Shown: positions 34,413-44,908, counted from the stretch's first letter. The stretch is DNA of 64,000 nt from Candidatus Latescibacterota bacterium (GCA_965208105.1 OZ242318.1:2624001-2688000); one strand, 5' to 3'. Notes: generated by a model from the letters alone, not told the origin. Made by a program: numbers and translations.

Positions 34413-36655
34413 TAATCCCTTACCGCAATGATTTCGGAGGTCTGCCGCTGCAACCGGACCAGGTCGTGGAAAGCGCCCCGTCGCCGCATCAGTTCGGCAT
34501 GGGTGCCCACCTCCACGATGCGCCCTTCGTCCAGGACCACTAGCCGGTCGGCGTGGCGCAGCGTCGACAGCCTGTGGGCAATGGCAAAGGTGGTGCGGCC
34601 CTCGATCAGGCGGGCGATGGCCTCCTGGATCTTCTTCTCGGTCTCCACGTCCACCGACGAGGTGGCCTCGTCGAGGATGAGGATGCGGGGGTCGTGAAGG
34701 ATGGCCCGGGCGATGGAGATGCGCTGCTTCTCGCCCCCGGAAAGGTTGTTCCCGCGTTCCCCGACCTGGGTGTCGTACCCGTCGGGTTTGGCTACGATGA
34801 AGTCGTGGGCGTGGGAGGCGCGCGCCGCCGCCACGATCTCCTCAAACCGGGAGCCGGGCCGGCCATAGCCGATATTTTCGGCGACCGTGCCGCTGAAGAG
34901 CACCGGCTCCTGCAGCACGATGCCGATCTGCCGGCGCAGGTCCTCAAGGCGAATCCGGCGCAGGTCCACGGCGTCGATCTCGATGGCCCCGCGGTCCACG
35001 TCGTAGAACCGGCAGATCAGGTTCACCGTGGTGGTCTTGCCCACCCCGGATTTGCCCACCAGGCCGATCATTTCCCCGCTCTCTACGTCGAGGTCGATGC
35101 CCTCCAGGACCGGTTTGCTCCTGTCGTAGCCAAAGGCAACCTGGCGGAACCGCACTCGCCCGTCCATCTGCGGCATGGGCACGGCCTGCGGGTCCGAGTA
35201 GGCCTCGGGCGAGGTGTCGATGACCTCGAAGACCCGCTCGGCGCCCGTGAACGCCCAGGTCATCCAGGAATTGACCATGGCAAACCACTGCAGGGGCCCA
35301 TAGACCATCCACATGTAGGAGTAGAATGCCAGCAGCGTTCCCAGCGTAAGCTCGCCGGCAAGGACTTCCCGGCCACCGAGGAGCCAGACGATCAGGACGC
35401 CCAGGCCGGTCAGAAAGGCCATGGTCGAGAAGAACACCTCCCTGTTGACCTCGGTCTCCACCCCCGCCTGTCTCGCCGCCGCATTCACCCGCGCGAAGGC
35501 GGCCACTTCCCGCTTCTCCTGAGCGAAGGCCTTGACCACCCGTATACCCGAAAGCACCTCGCTGGTGCGCTCGGTGAGGGCGGACCAGGCCCGGTTCCAC
35601 CTGCCGTATTGGTGCCGCATTCGCTTCCAGAACAGTCTGCCCCACAGGATCAGAAGAGGTACGGGCAGCAGGATGTAGATACTCAAGCTCCAGCTCATGC
35701 CGAAGAGAAAGACCAGGATCCCCAAGATCATCAGGCCGTTGATCACGAGGTAGGGCAACCCGTCGACGAGGAACTCCTGCAGTCTTCCCGTATCGCGGGT
35801 CACCCGCGACATGAGGGCGCCTGCCTGGCGCTTGTCGTAGAACTGCAGAGACAACATCTCCAACCGGCGGTATAGCTCGCTGCGGATATCGGCGGTGACC
35901 TGGGCGCCGAGCCAGCTGGCGACCCAGCCATGAACCCACTCGGCCGCCCAGCTGACGCAGCGAATTGCGACAAGGGCGAGGACGAGCAGACCCAGCAGAG
36001 CAAAGCGCTGGTCGACGGTGGCCGTACTCCCCTCTGCCGGAACCAGGACATCGTCCACGATGCGCCTGGTGATCAACGGCGGCAGCAGCTCCGCCCCGGT
36101 GGTTGCAATGGAAGAAAAGGCGAGGACCGCCGCCCGCGCCTTGTAGGGCCGCATGTAGGCGGCGATGCGCTTCAGGGTGGCCAGCCGCGATATACACGCC
36201 GGACAGATTCCGTCCTTTTCGGGGAGCAGCCGATTGCAGCTCTTGCAGCGGGTCGGGTCCAGTTGCGTGCTTATAACCAGCGGTGCTTTTTTTCGCAGCT
36301 GCTCCAGACCCAGCGCCACTTCCGAGAACTTCTCGGCCATTGAGCTGGAATAGGGGACGAAAAGGGTCGGCGCGGAGAACCTCTCGATCTCAAGCTGGCC
36401 CCCGCCAACCAGGGATTCGGTGCGGACGGCCTCGATCTCCGCGATGGGCACTTCCACCGGACCTCCGGAGCCCTTCTCAGGAACAATCAGCACCCGCTCC
36501 GGAGTGACCACCAACCACTGGCGGCCAAAGCGCCTGTCCTTCTCCAGGTCGCTGAAAACCCGGATCAGCACCTCTTCGTCAGCCCCGAGCACTTCCCCCA
36601 CACTGGCTTCGACCCGGGTCTCAACGGCCTCCAGGAGTCTGGTCGGCGAACTCAT
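34412..36655 (-). CDS. ABC exporter (TMD+NBD), paralog of the downstream gene
   Basis: GKSGVGKT, LSGGEKQR, ILDEAT; CKSC...CPAC. Confidence 0.9.
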   Translation of the reverse strand: MSSPTRLLEAVETRVEASVGEVLGADEEVLIRVFSDLEKDRRFGRQWLVVTPERVLIVPEKGSGGPVEVPIAEIEAVRTESLVGGGQLEIERFSAPTLFVPYSSSMAEKFSEVALGLEQLRKKAPLVISTQLDPTRCKSCNRLLPEKDGICPACISRLATLKRIAAYMRPYKARAAVLAFSSIATTGAELLPPLITRRIVDDVLVPAEGSTATVDQRFALLGLLVLALVAIRCVSWAAEWVHGWVASWLGAQVTADIRSELYRRLEMLSLQFYDKRQAGALMSRVTRDTGRLQEFLVDGLPYLVINGLMILGILVFLFGMSWSLSIYILLPVPLLILWGRLFWKRMRHQYGRWNRAWSALTERTSEVLSGIRVVKAFAQEKREVAAFARVNAAARQAGVETEVNREVFFSTMAFLTGLGVLIVWLLGGREVLAGELTLGTLLAFYSYMWMVYGPLQWFAMVNSWMTWAFTGAERVFEVIDTSPEAYSDPQAVPMPQMDGRVRFRQVAFGYDRSKPVLEGIDLDVESGEMIGLVGKSGVGKTTTVNLICRFYDVDRGAIEIDAVDLRRIRLEDLRRQIGIVLQEPVLFSGTVAENIGYGRPGSRFEEIVAAARASHAHDFIVAKPDGYDTQVGERGNNLSGGEKQRISIARAILHDPRILILDEATSSVDVETEKKIQEAIARLIEGRTTFAIAHRLSTLRHADRLVVLDEGRIVEVGTHAELMRRRGAFHDLVRLQRQTSEIIAVRD

Positions 36656-36666
36656 TCCCCGCCCGC

Positions 36667-36879
36667 CTAGGAATCCTGATTTACCTCTGGACCATCACCC
36701 AGATCATCCAGCTTCAAACGCCGCGGCCGGTGCCTCCTGGCATGGGGCGTTTCGATGCCGTACTGGCGGCAGAGCCGGCCGAAGGTGCCGGCGGCAATTC
36801 CCAGGGCCTTGCTGGCGTCCTTGTTGCTGGAATAGATGCGGGCGGCGCGCTCGATCCTTTCTCTGGCGATCTTCTCCAT
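36667..36879 (-). CDS. Small Fis-like HTH protein (70 aa)
   Basis: ggagg SD; MEKIARERIERAARIYSSNKDASKALGIAAGTFGRLCRQYGI. Confidence 0.6.
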   Translation of the reverse strand: MEKIARERIERAARIYSSNKDASKALGIAAGTFGRLCRQYGIETPHARRHRPRRLKLDDLGDGPEVNQDS

Positions 36880-36924
36880 TCCAATCCTCCAAACCGGATG
36901 CACATCCGATTCAATCCATCGATG

Positions 36925-36961
36925 AAAAAAAAACTGCAAACCCCCGAACTGGAGTCTGCAG
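36925..36961 (-). terminator. Intrinsic terminator 2
   Basis: ctgcagactcc-agttcg-ggggtttgcag followed by T9. Confidence 0.7.
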
Positions 36962-36964
36962 CTC

Positions 36965-36994
36965 AAAAAAAAACCGCAGGGAAAATCCCTGCGG
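36965..36994 (-). terminator. Intrinsic terminator 1
   Basis: ccgcaggga-ttt-tccctgcgg followed by T9. Confidence 0.75.
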
Positions 36995-37357
36995 CGGTGA
37001 ATCCTTGCTTTCGATTCTCTCAACCTCCGGAACTTTCCCAAGCTGCAGGATATATCTCCGACTTTCTCTCCCTGACTACGGCGGCACACGGGGTCGGACT
37101 CGCTGGCATCGCAATGGTCCCGAACCGCTGTCCGCGCCGGCTGGCAGCCACGGGAAAAGCGCGGCTCATACCTTTCATGCCCCTTTTGTGTCCTGCCTCA
37201 AAGGGATGAGGAGACATCCGACTTTCTCCTCCGGGTATGTGAATCCATCCCGATTTACAAATGAGCCTCATGGCTGTCTCGAGTCAGATTATGATGGTGA
37301 TGTTTGCCATTGTTCACGAAAAGTTGAGAGCAATACTGGAATTTTCAAACAGGGTTG

Positions 37358-37387
37358 AAGATAGGAGCAGCATTTGCACAATGTCAA
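37358..37387 (-). promoter_or_regulatory. sigma70-like promoter
   Basis: TTGACA, 18-nt spacer, TATCTT. Confidence 0.5.
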
Positions 37388-37537
37388 GAGCAAATATCTT
37401 TTGCCGGCCGCAGCCGCCGCGGCTGCATTCCGCAAGTCCATCTTTCCATGAACGCCACTTTCCTTATATTCAATGTTTCCGTGGGAGGGCTCATACTCGG
37501 CCGCCAAGCGCCGCATGGTGCAATCTGCAGGAAGAAC

Positions 37538-38344
37538 ATGACCCAGACAATAGCCGGATCGGAGAAGGAGTCCCGGGAAAGGTCCTGGATCGGGCGAAGT
37601 AACCGGGAGATGGACCATTGCCTCCAGGAAGTAGACTTCGAGTCCCTGCCGGCAGAGGAGATCCTGTCCTGGGCGGACGCAAGATTTCCCGGAAGGGCGG
37701 TGATCAGCACGAGTTTTCAGTACACCGGCGTTGCCCTGATTCACATGGCCACCTCGATGGGCCTCGGACTCCGTGTCGCGACGGTCGACACTCTGCGCCT
37801 GCACCCCGAAACATATTCCTTTATTAAACAGATCGAGGACCGTTATCAGTGCGGCGTCGAGGTCTACCAGCCCGAACCCGAGCAGGTGGAATCCATGATC
37901 GAGCGCTTCGGGGAGTATCTCTTCTTCGACTCGATGGAGAAGCAGGAACACTGCTGCAGGGTGCGCAAGACCAGGCCCCACGACAGGCTCGTCAAGACCA
38001 TGGACTGCTGGATCTCGGGGACGCGCCGCGATCAGTCCGACCATCGCCGCGACCACACCCCAAAGGCCACCGTTGTTCCAGAGTACGGGACCCGCCGCAA
38101 GATCTTCAAGCTGAATCCCATGGCCGACTGGTCCGAAGAGCGGCTGCTGCAGTATATCGAAACCCACCGCATCCCCACCCATCCTCTCTACGAGCGGGAC
38201 TACCGGAGTATCGGCTGCATCATCTGCTCCACTCCCACTCTTCCCGGGGAGGACAAACGGGCAGGCCGCTGGCGCTGGTTCAACCTCAAGGACCGCCCTG
38301 TATGGGACCACAAGAAGGAATGCGGCCTGCACTACAACATCTGA
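37538..38344 (+). CDS. cysH: Adenylyl-sulfate (APS) reductase, CysH family, Fe-S type
   Basis: DTLRLHPETY, CCRVRK, YRSIGCIICS, RAGRW, ECGLH. Start uncertain (37538 or 37610). Confidence 0.88.
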   Translation: MTQTIAGSEKESRERSWIGRSNREMDHCLQEVDFESLPAEEILSWADARFPGRAVISTSFQYTGVALIHMATSMGLGLRVATVDTLRLHPETYSFIKQIEDRYQCGVEVYQPEPEQVESMIERFGEYLFFDSMEKQEHCCRVRKTRPHDRLVKTMDCWISGTRRDQSDHRRDHTPKATVVPEYGTRRKIFKLNPMADWSEERLLQYIETHRIPTHPLYERDYRSIGCIICSTPTLPGEDKRAGRWRWFNLKDRPVWDHKKECGLHYNI

Positions 38345-39747
38345 AACCCCGCCAGCCGCCTGAACTGCCGGCCCCTGTCGGCATAGTCGGCAAACATCCC
38401 GAAGCTGGCGCAGCCCGGTGCCAGCAGCACCACGTCCCCCTCCTGCGCCAGCCGGCGCGCCGCGGCCATGGCCTCGGCCATGCTCTCGCACCCCCTCACG
38501 AGTTCGCCCCCGAACCCCCCGCTCCCGGCAATCGCCTCCTCTATCCGCCTGCCCTCCTCGCCCAGTAATATCACCGCCTTCACCCCGCGGGCGGCTATCG
38601 CCGCTCCCATTCCGGCGAAGTCCGCCCCCTTTGCCGAACCACCTGCAACGAGAATGAGAGGCTCATCGAACGCCCGTATCGCAGCCACCGCCGCTTCCGG
38701 TGTGGTTGCCATGGAGTCGTCGTAGTATTGAATGCCGCCGCGTTCGCCTACCTTCTCCAGGCGGTGGGGCAACCCGGCAAACCGCTGAACCCCGGAAGCG
38801 ACCTGGTCCGCACCCGCGCCCACCACTGCGGCGGCTGCAGCCGCCGCCGCGGCATTGCCGTGATTGTGGCCCCCCCTCATCGGGATGGCCTCGATGGCGC
38901 AGATTTTCTCTCGTTCTTCGCCGGGAAGGCGCAGCCACAGGAAGCCGTCCTCTATCCAGGAACCTGTATCCACCTCCCCGGCCGTACTGTAGGCGAACCG
39001 GCGCGCCCGGCTCCCGGCCGCAAAGGCCCGCGACCGGGCACAGTCCTGGGAGACGATCAGGCTGTCGCTCTCTGACTGGTAGCGGCAGATCGGCTTCTTC
39101 GCTTCCACGTATTCAGCCTGGTCCGCATGGTAGTCCAGGTGGTCCTCTGTAACGCCGAGCACAACCGCGATTTGCGGACTGCGGTCCAGGTCCTGCAGCT
39201 GAAAACTGGACAACTCCAGGACGGTTAGGTCGGCGGAGGTGAGCTCGTCCACGAATTCAATGGGAGGCACCCCGATATTGCCGCCCAGTCTGACGCAGCG
39301 CCGCGGACCGCCCCGCAGAATGCCGGCGCAGAGGGCCGCGGTGGTGCCCTTGCCCTTCGTCCCCGTGATGCCCAGGATGGGGGCGGGAGAGAGCTCGAAG
39401 AAGAGCCGCGTCTGGCTCGAGACCTGAGTTCCCCCGGCCTTGGCTCGCTGCAGTTCAGGGAGCAGGACACTGACGCCCGGGGTGCGAAAAATACAGTCGA
39501 AACCACCGAGGTGCCGGAGGTAGTGCTTCCCCAGATGCCAACCATCTACGCTTTCTCCCCACTCCCTTCTCAGTTCCGGGAATTCACTTTCCCTCCGGGC
39601 GTCGAATATGGAAAACCGCAGACCCTTTGAGAGAAAGAACCTTGCCAGGGCGCGATTTTCCAATCCCATGCCCAGCAGCGCGACCTTGCGGTTTCGCAAA
39701 AATTCCAGGGAGGGGTGCGCATCGGCAGGGAGGTCCGGGCGTCTCAT
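38332..39747 (-). CDS. murD: UDP-N-acetylmuramoyl-L-alanine--D-glutamate ligase
   Basis: GITGTKGKGTT, GGNIG, ELSSFQL, DHLDYH, PHRLE, LLAPGCASF. Confidence 0.93.
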   Translation of the reverse strand: MRRPDLPADAHPSLEFLRNRKVALLGMGLENRALARFFLSKGLRFSIFDARRESEFPELRREWGESVDGWHLGKHYLRHLGGFDCIFRTPGVSVLLPELQRAKAGGTQVSSQTRLFFELSPAPILGITGTKGKGTTAALCAGILRGGPRRCVRLGGNIGVPPIEFVDELTSADLTVLELSSFQLQDLDRSPQIAVVLGVTEDHLDYHADQAEYVEAKKPICRYQSESDSLIVSQDCARSRAFAAGSRARRFAYSTAGEVDTGSWIEDGFLWLRLPGEEREKICAIEAIPMRGGHNHGNAAAAAAAAAVVGAGADQVASGVQRFAGLPHRLEKVGERGGIQYYDDSMATTPEAAVAAIRAFDEPLILVAGGSAKGADFAGMGAAIAARGVKAVILLGEEGRRIEEAIAGSGGFGGELVRGCESMAEAMAAARRLAQEGDVVLLAPGCASFGMFADYADRGRQFRRLAGFQML

Positions 39748-39839
39748 TCCCCCTATCTCCCCATTTCTTGACAGGTCCCTCGCATGCTTCGATATTAAAC
39801 CATTTGGTGGCCGCAGCAAAGAAATAGCGATGAGGGAAA

Positions 39840-40727
39840 ATGGCTGAAGTGAAGGCCGCAGCACCCACGGAAGCCCCGCGTCGTCGCGTCCGGGAAATGG
39901 AGGTCGAAGTCGTCCGCGTCCGCCGCGACACTCCCGACACCAGTACCCTTTTTCTTTCCTCCGACACCTGCGACTATCGGGCGGGACATTTTCTCACCAT
40001 CGATCCGCACCAATTCGTTCCTCTCGAATCCTTCACCTCCTTCCTCGAGGACGTCAAAGGCCAGAGGGAGAAACCCCGGGCCTATTCCCTGGCCTCGGCG
40101 CCGCACGAGCCCCACCTGGCCATCACCATCAAGGCCGAGACCTACATCAGGGGGGAGACTCCCTATCCGCCGCTGCTCTCTCCTTTGTTGACCTACCAGA
40201 TTACAACCGGCACCCGTCTGAAGGTGCGGGGCTTCACCGGCGCCTACACCTGGCCCCCCGACATCACCGCGCGCACGGAGCGCGTTGCCCATGTCTGCGC
40301 CGGAAGCGGTATCGTGCCCAACTTCGCACTGATCAAGGACAGCCTGCACCACGGCGACGGTCTGCATCACACCCTGCTCTACAGCAGCAAGACCCGGCAG
40401 GACATCATATACTTCGACGAATTGGAAAAATTGCAGCGAGATCACCCAGCTCATCTCCGGGTGATCCATTGCATAACCCGGGAGGATCCCGCCGGCCTTC
40501 ACAACGGACGCCCCGGCCGGATCACCAGGGACCTTCTGGCCGAGGTCATAGCCGACCCGCGCAATGCGTTCGCCTTTCTATGCGGGCCGGGAATCAGCCC
40601 GTACGAGCGCAAGGCAGCCAGGGGAAGAGGGGAGGAGCCGGCACCTCGCTTCGTCGAGCACATGGCCGCCCTGGTCGAGGGAATCGGCCTGGGGAAACAG
40701 CAGGTCAAGCGGGAAAGCTGGGGTTAG
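39840..40727 (+). CDS. Ferredoxin-NADP reductase-like FAD/NAD(P)-binding oxidoreductase
   Basis: RAYSLAS, AGSGIVP, FLCGP, C-terminal aromatic (ESWG). Confidence 0.8.
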   Translation: MAEVKAAAPTEAPRRRVREMEVEVVRVRRDTPDTSTLFLSSDTCDYRAGHFLTIDPHQFVPLESFTSFLEDVKGQREKPRAYSLASAPHEPHLAITIKAETYIRGETPYPPLLSPLLTYQITTGTRLKVRGFTGAYTWPPDITARTERVAHVCAGSGIVPNFALIKDSLHHGDGLHHTLLYSSKTRQDIIYFDELEKLQRDHPAHLRVIHCITREDPAGLHNGRPGRITRDLLAEVIADPRNAFAFLCGPGISPYERKAARGRGEEPAPRFVEHMAALVEGIGLGKQQVKRESWG

Positions 40728-40730
40728 CCG

Positions 40731-41765
40731 ATGAAGCTGATCGTGCAGATCCCCTGCCTCGACGAAGAGGGGACCCTGGCGCAAACCATTGCAGCCATCC
40801 CGCGCCGGATCGAAGGCATAGACCAAGTCGAAGTCCTCGTCATCGACGATGGCTCCACCGACCGCACCAGCGAAGTCGCGCGCCAATCCGGGGCGGACCA
40901 CATCGTCAGGTTTCCCCGCAACCGCGGCCTGGGACATGCCTTCAAGGCGGGTTTCGACACCTGCCTGAAGCTGGGCGCCGATATCATCGTCAACACCGAT
41001 GGCGACAACCAGTACTTTGGCGGCGACATCGTCCAACTGGTCAAGCCCATCCTGGCCGGCAGAGCCGAGCTGGTCATTGGCGACCGCCAAACCCATACCA
41101 TCGCACATTTCTCCCGGGCAAAACGCTTCCTGCAGCACTTCGGCAGCCGCGTCGTCGGCCGCCTTGCCCACCTCGAAGTGCCGGATGTCGCCAGCGGCTT
41201 CCGCGCTTTCAGCCGCGATGCCGCGCTTCAACTCTCCACTTTTACGGACTTCGACCACACTGCCGAGCACGTGGTCGAATCGGGGCAGATCCGGCTGGCG
41301 GTGGTCAGCGTTCCCGTCCGCACCAATCCCAAGGCCCGCGAGTCCCGGCTCTTTTCCAGCGTCGGCGAATTCGTCTTTAAATCCAGCCTGATCAGCCTGC
41401 GCGCCTATGCCCGCTACAAGGCCATCAAGATCTTCACCGCCCTCGGTCTCCTCGTCTTCGCGCTGGGGACCCTGCTGGGGCTGCGCTTTCTCTATTTCCT
41501 GGCCTTTACCGACGAGGGCCACCTGCACGTCCAGTCCGTGATCCTCGCCGCAATCCTACTCCTCGCGGGCTTCCAGATGATTCTCACCGGCATCGTCTCC
41601 GACCTGATCGCCACCAACCGCAGCCTGCTCGAGGACGCCGTGACGAGGATCAAGAAGATCGAGCTCGACCGGCTGGCGGAAAAGGCATCGAAAACCGGCA
41701 AAGCCGCCGACGGCAAGGCCGCAGAATCAGACCGGGCGCTGCCGACCTCAGCTCCTCCCTCCTGA
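40731..41765 (+). CDS. Glycosyltransferase family 2 (DPM-like) with C-terminal TM helices
   Basis: IPCLDEE, IDDGSTD, NTDGDNQY, SGFRA. Confidence 0.88.
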   Translation: MKLIVQIPCLDEEGTLAQTIAAIPRRIEGIDQVEVLVIDDGSTDRTSEVARQSGADHIVRFPRNRGLGHAFKAGFDTCLKLGADIIVNTDGDNQYFGGDIVQLVKPILAGRAELVIGDRQTHTIAHFSRAKRFLQHFGSRVVGRLAHLEVPDVASGFRAFSRDAALQLSTFTDFDHTAEHVVESGQIRLAVVSVPVRTNPKARESRLFSSVGEFVFKSSLISLRAYARYKAIKIFTALGLLVFALGTLLGLRFLYFLAFTDEGHLHVQSVILAAILLLAGFQMILTGIVSDLIATNRSLLEDAVTRIKKIELDRLAEKASKTGKAADGKAAESDRALPTSAPPS

Positions 41766-41842
41766 ATACCCGGCCTCCATCTTGACAGTTTTCCCGGCTA
41801 TCCTCGATATTTTCCTCACCAAGGATTTATTTCCCATAAACC

Positions 41843-42811
41843 ATGGCCATACCGAAGATCTACATTGACGGGCAGGAGGGCACCACCGGCCTGCGGATTC
41901 GCGAAATGCTCGGGATGCGCACCGACGTGCAACTCCTCTCAATTCCCTCGGAGGAGCGCAAGAATCCACGCGTGCGCGCCGATTTCCTCAACAGCGCCGA
42001 CCTCGCCATCCTCTGCCTGCCGGACGAGGCAGCGGCCGAAGCCCTGGAATTGATCGACAACCCCGACACCCGGATCATCGACACCAGCATCAGCCGCCGC
42101 GTCCACCCGGACTGGGTCTATGGCTTGCCCGAGTTGAGTCCGGAGCAGCGCCGGTCCATCCATTCCGCCGCGAGGGTGGCAAATCCCGGCTGCTACCCGG
42201 CCGGATTCATCCTGGCCGTACGCCCCCTGGTCCAGGCCGCCCTCCTGGACCCGGCAACTCCCCTGACGGTAAATGCCGTTTCCGGCTACTCCGGTGGGGG
42301 ACGCAAGATGATCGCTGCCTACGAGCAGGCTCCGCAGGCCCGGAACTCTGGTGACGCCGCCGTGCCCCTGGCGCTCTACGGTCTCGACGGCCGCCACAAA
42401 CATCTCGCGGAAATGCAGAAATTCAGCCTGTCGGACCACGCCCCGCTTTTCGTTCCCTCGGTGGACCACGTCTACTGCGGAATGCTGGTCAGCGTCCCCA
42501 TTCCGGCGCCAGGCTTCAACAAGCAAGGAACCACCTCCCGTGAGATCCACGAAGTCTGGAAGGATCACTACCGGGACTGCCCCATGGTCCACGCCGTTCC
42601 TCCCGATGGCGCCGCCGCCCTGCGCAATGGCATCTTCCTCGACCTTGGCGGGTGCGCATACACCAACCGGATCGAGCTATCCGTCTTCGGCGACCCTGAA
42701 CGGGGGCTGGTCCTGGTCGGATGCCTCGACAACCTGGGCAAGGGTGCCTCCGGCAATGCCGTCCAGTGCCTCAACCTCATGCTGGGCTTTGACGAGACGG
42801 CCGGACTGTAG
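41843..42811 (+). CDS. argC: N-acetyl-gamma-glutamyl-phosphate reductase (type 2)
   Basis: IDGQEGTTG, ANPGCY, SGYSGGG, DNLGKGASGNAVQ. Confidence 0.93.
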   Translation: MAIPKIYIDGQEGTTGLRIREMLGMRTDVQLLSIPSEERKNPRVRADFLNSADLAILCLPDEAAAEALELIDNPDTRIIDTSISRRVHPDWVYGLPELSPEQRRSIHSAARVANPGCYPAGFILAVRPLVQAALLDPATPLTVNAVSGYSGGGRKMIAAYEQAPQARNSGDAAVPLALYGLDGRHKHLAEMQKFSLSDHAPLFVPSVDHVYCGMLVSVPIPAPGFNKQGTTSREIHEVWKDHYRDCPMVHAVPPDGAAALRNGIFLDLGGCAYTNRIELSVFGDPERGLVLVGCLDNLGKGASGNAVQCLNLMLGFDETAGL

Positions 42812-42828
42812 TCCTGGTCCCTCCATCC

Positions 42829-43611
42829 ATGCTCGTAGACTCCCACTGCCACCTCGACCAGCTAGCGGACCCCGCCGGCGTTATGCGGGAAGCGGCGGAC
42901 CGAGGCGTCGAACGCATCGTTGCCGTCAGCGAGGACCTTCGTTCCATGCGTGCCGTCCTCGATTTGAAGAAGCGCCGCGGCGGCGGGGTGATGGCCGGCC
43001 TCGGGCTCCATCCCGCCTGGATCGTTCAGTGCGGGGATGGGGAAATCGCTCGCTCTCTCGAATTCCTTTCCGATCACCTCAGCGCTGCCGACGAGTTGGG
43101 CGAGGTCGGACTCGACCACAAATGGGCCGGAACTCCCGACCAGCAACGCCGACAGGAAACAATCCTCGAAAGGCAGTTTGCCCTTGCCGCCGACTGCGGC
43201 AAGCCCGTCAACCTGCACTCGCGGCGCTGCCAGCGCCAGGTCATGGAAAGGGCGATTGACTTCCACCGAAACACCGGCCTCGGCGCGCAGTTGCACTGGT
43301 TTACCCAATCGAAGAAACTGGCTCGGATCTGTAATGAAGAAGGGATCTACATATCCGTCGGCCCTGCCATAATCGACGACCCCCAGGCCCAGGAAGTCGC
43401 ATGCACCGTCGCCGATGATCTGCTTCTCTTGGAAAGCGACGCTCCCGCGGGGATCGGCGGCCGAGCCAACCACCCCGCCCTGGTCCGTGCCGTGGCCGAA
43501 AAAATCGCCGCGCTCAAAGATTGTGCATTGGAAAGGGTCGCTGAAATGACCAGCGCCAATTTTGACCGCTACCTGGGCACGAGCAGGCAGGGTGCAGGTT
43601 TGACACCTTGA
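42829..43611 (+). CDS. tatD: TatD family hydrolase
   Basis: DSHCHL, GLHP, GEVGLD, LHSR, LESDAP. Confidence 0.88.
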   Translation: MLVDSHCHLDQLADPAGVMREAADRGVERIVAVSEDLRSMRAVLDLKKRRGGGVMAGLGLHPAWIVQCGDGEIARSLEFLSDHLSAADELGEVGLDHKWAGTPDQQRRQETILERQFALAADCGKPVNLHSRRCQRQVMERAIDFHRNTGLGAQLHWFTQSKKLARICNEEGIYISVGPAIIDDPQAQEVACTVADDLLLLESDAPAGIGGRANHPALVRAVAEKIAALKDCALERVAEMTSANFDRYLGTSRQGAGLTP

Positions 43612-43900
43612 TTTAAATGACCTACCATTGGATTCATGCCGTATTCACAGCAAGGCCCGCCATCCCGCGGTCTTACTGCCGCTCAAAGCATTCTGACCGA
43701 TTCCGCAATTTCAATTTCCCCCAGATCGGCATCGTCCTGAAAGAATCCATTTGTTCGCCTTTCGAAGTCCTTCTCGTTGCCCGCGTGAGCTTGCAAAAGC
43801 GGACTCCGGGCAAATTCCGGATGAGTGCCGTCAGGCGCCGGTTGGGAATTGGACAATCGGTGAGTTACTGATTTAAACCACGTATCGAATTGGATGGGAG

Positions 43901-44908
43901 ATGGCCACAGTCCTGGTCACTGGAGGATGCGGTTTCATCGGAAGTAACTTCATTCGCCATATGCTCCGCAAATATCCGCAGTACCGCATCGCCAACCTCG
44001 ACAAGCTGACCTATGCCGGCAATCCTCAAAACCTCGCCGACTTGAACGGTGAGGAGCGCTACAGTTTTACCCAGGGCGATGTCTGCGATGCCGAAGTCGT
44101 CGATCCCCTGGTGAAAGAGTCGGAGATTATCGTCAACTTTGCCGCGGAGAGCCACGTGGACCGCAGTATCCTGGGGGGAGCCGAGTTCATCCAGACAAAC
44201 ATCCACGGCACCTGCGTATTGCTCGAAAGCGCCCGCAAGCACGGGGTGGAGCGTTTTTACCAGATCAGCACCGACGAAGTTTACGGCTCCATAGAAAACG
44301 GAGCCTGGTGCGAGGACGAGCCTCTGATGCCGCGCAATCCCTACTCGGCCAGCAAAGCCAGTGCTGAGCTGATGGTGCGGGCCTACCACCTCAACTACGG
44401 GCTTCCCACCCTGGTCAGCCGCGCCTCGAACAATATCGGGCCCTACCAGTACCCCGAGAAGCGCGTGCCGCTGTACATCACCAATGCCATCGACGAGTTG
44501 CCTCTGCCCGTTTACGGCAATGGCCTGCAGGTGCGGGACCACCTCTATGTGGGCGATCACTGCGCAGCGATCGATCTGGTGCTGCACCAGGGCGCTGTCG
44601 GCGAGACCTATAATATCGGGGGGGACAACGACGCCACCGGACTGGAAGTAGCCCGGTCCATACTGGAACGACTGGAAAAATCCGAAGACCTGATCGAGTT
44701 TGTCGACGATCGGCTCGGTCACGACCAGCGCTACGCCATAGACTCCAGCAAGATCAAAGCGCTGGGCTGGGAATCCCAGTGCGACTTCCAGGCCGCCATG
44801 ACGCGGACCGTAGACTGGTACGTGGAACATGGGGATTGGTGGCGGGAGATCAAAGCCGGAAACGATTACCGGAGCTATTATCGGCGCCAGTACGGACGAA
44901 GTATATAG
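43901..44908 (+). CDS. rfbB: dTDP-glucose 4,6-dehydratase
   Basis: TGGCGFIGSN, AAESHVDRS, STDEVYG, YSASK. Confidence 0.95.
   Translation: MATVLVTGGCGFIGSNFIRHMLRKYPQYRIANLDKLTYAGNPQNLADLNGEERYSFTQGDVCDAEVVDPLVKESEIIVNFAAESHVDRSILGGAEFIQTNIHGTCVLLESARKHGVERFYQISTDEVYGSIENGAWCEDEPLMPRNPYSASKASAELMVRAYHLNYGLPTLVSRASNNIGPYQYPEKRVPLYITNAIDELPLPVYGNGLQVRDHLYVGDHCAAIDLVLHQGAVGETYNIGGDNDATGLEVARSILERLEKSEDLIEFVDDRLGHDQRYAIDSSKIKALGWESQCDFQAAMTRTVDWYVEHGDWWREIKAGNDYRSYYRRQYGRSI

Noticed and set aside
36990-37260. RNase P RNA or tmRNA, prompted by gagaaagtcgga and the length
   Set aside because: It lacks the GAGGAAAGTCC/ACAGAA...GGCTTA pairing and tRNA-like ends; kept only as an unknown RNA candidate.
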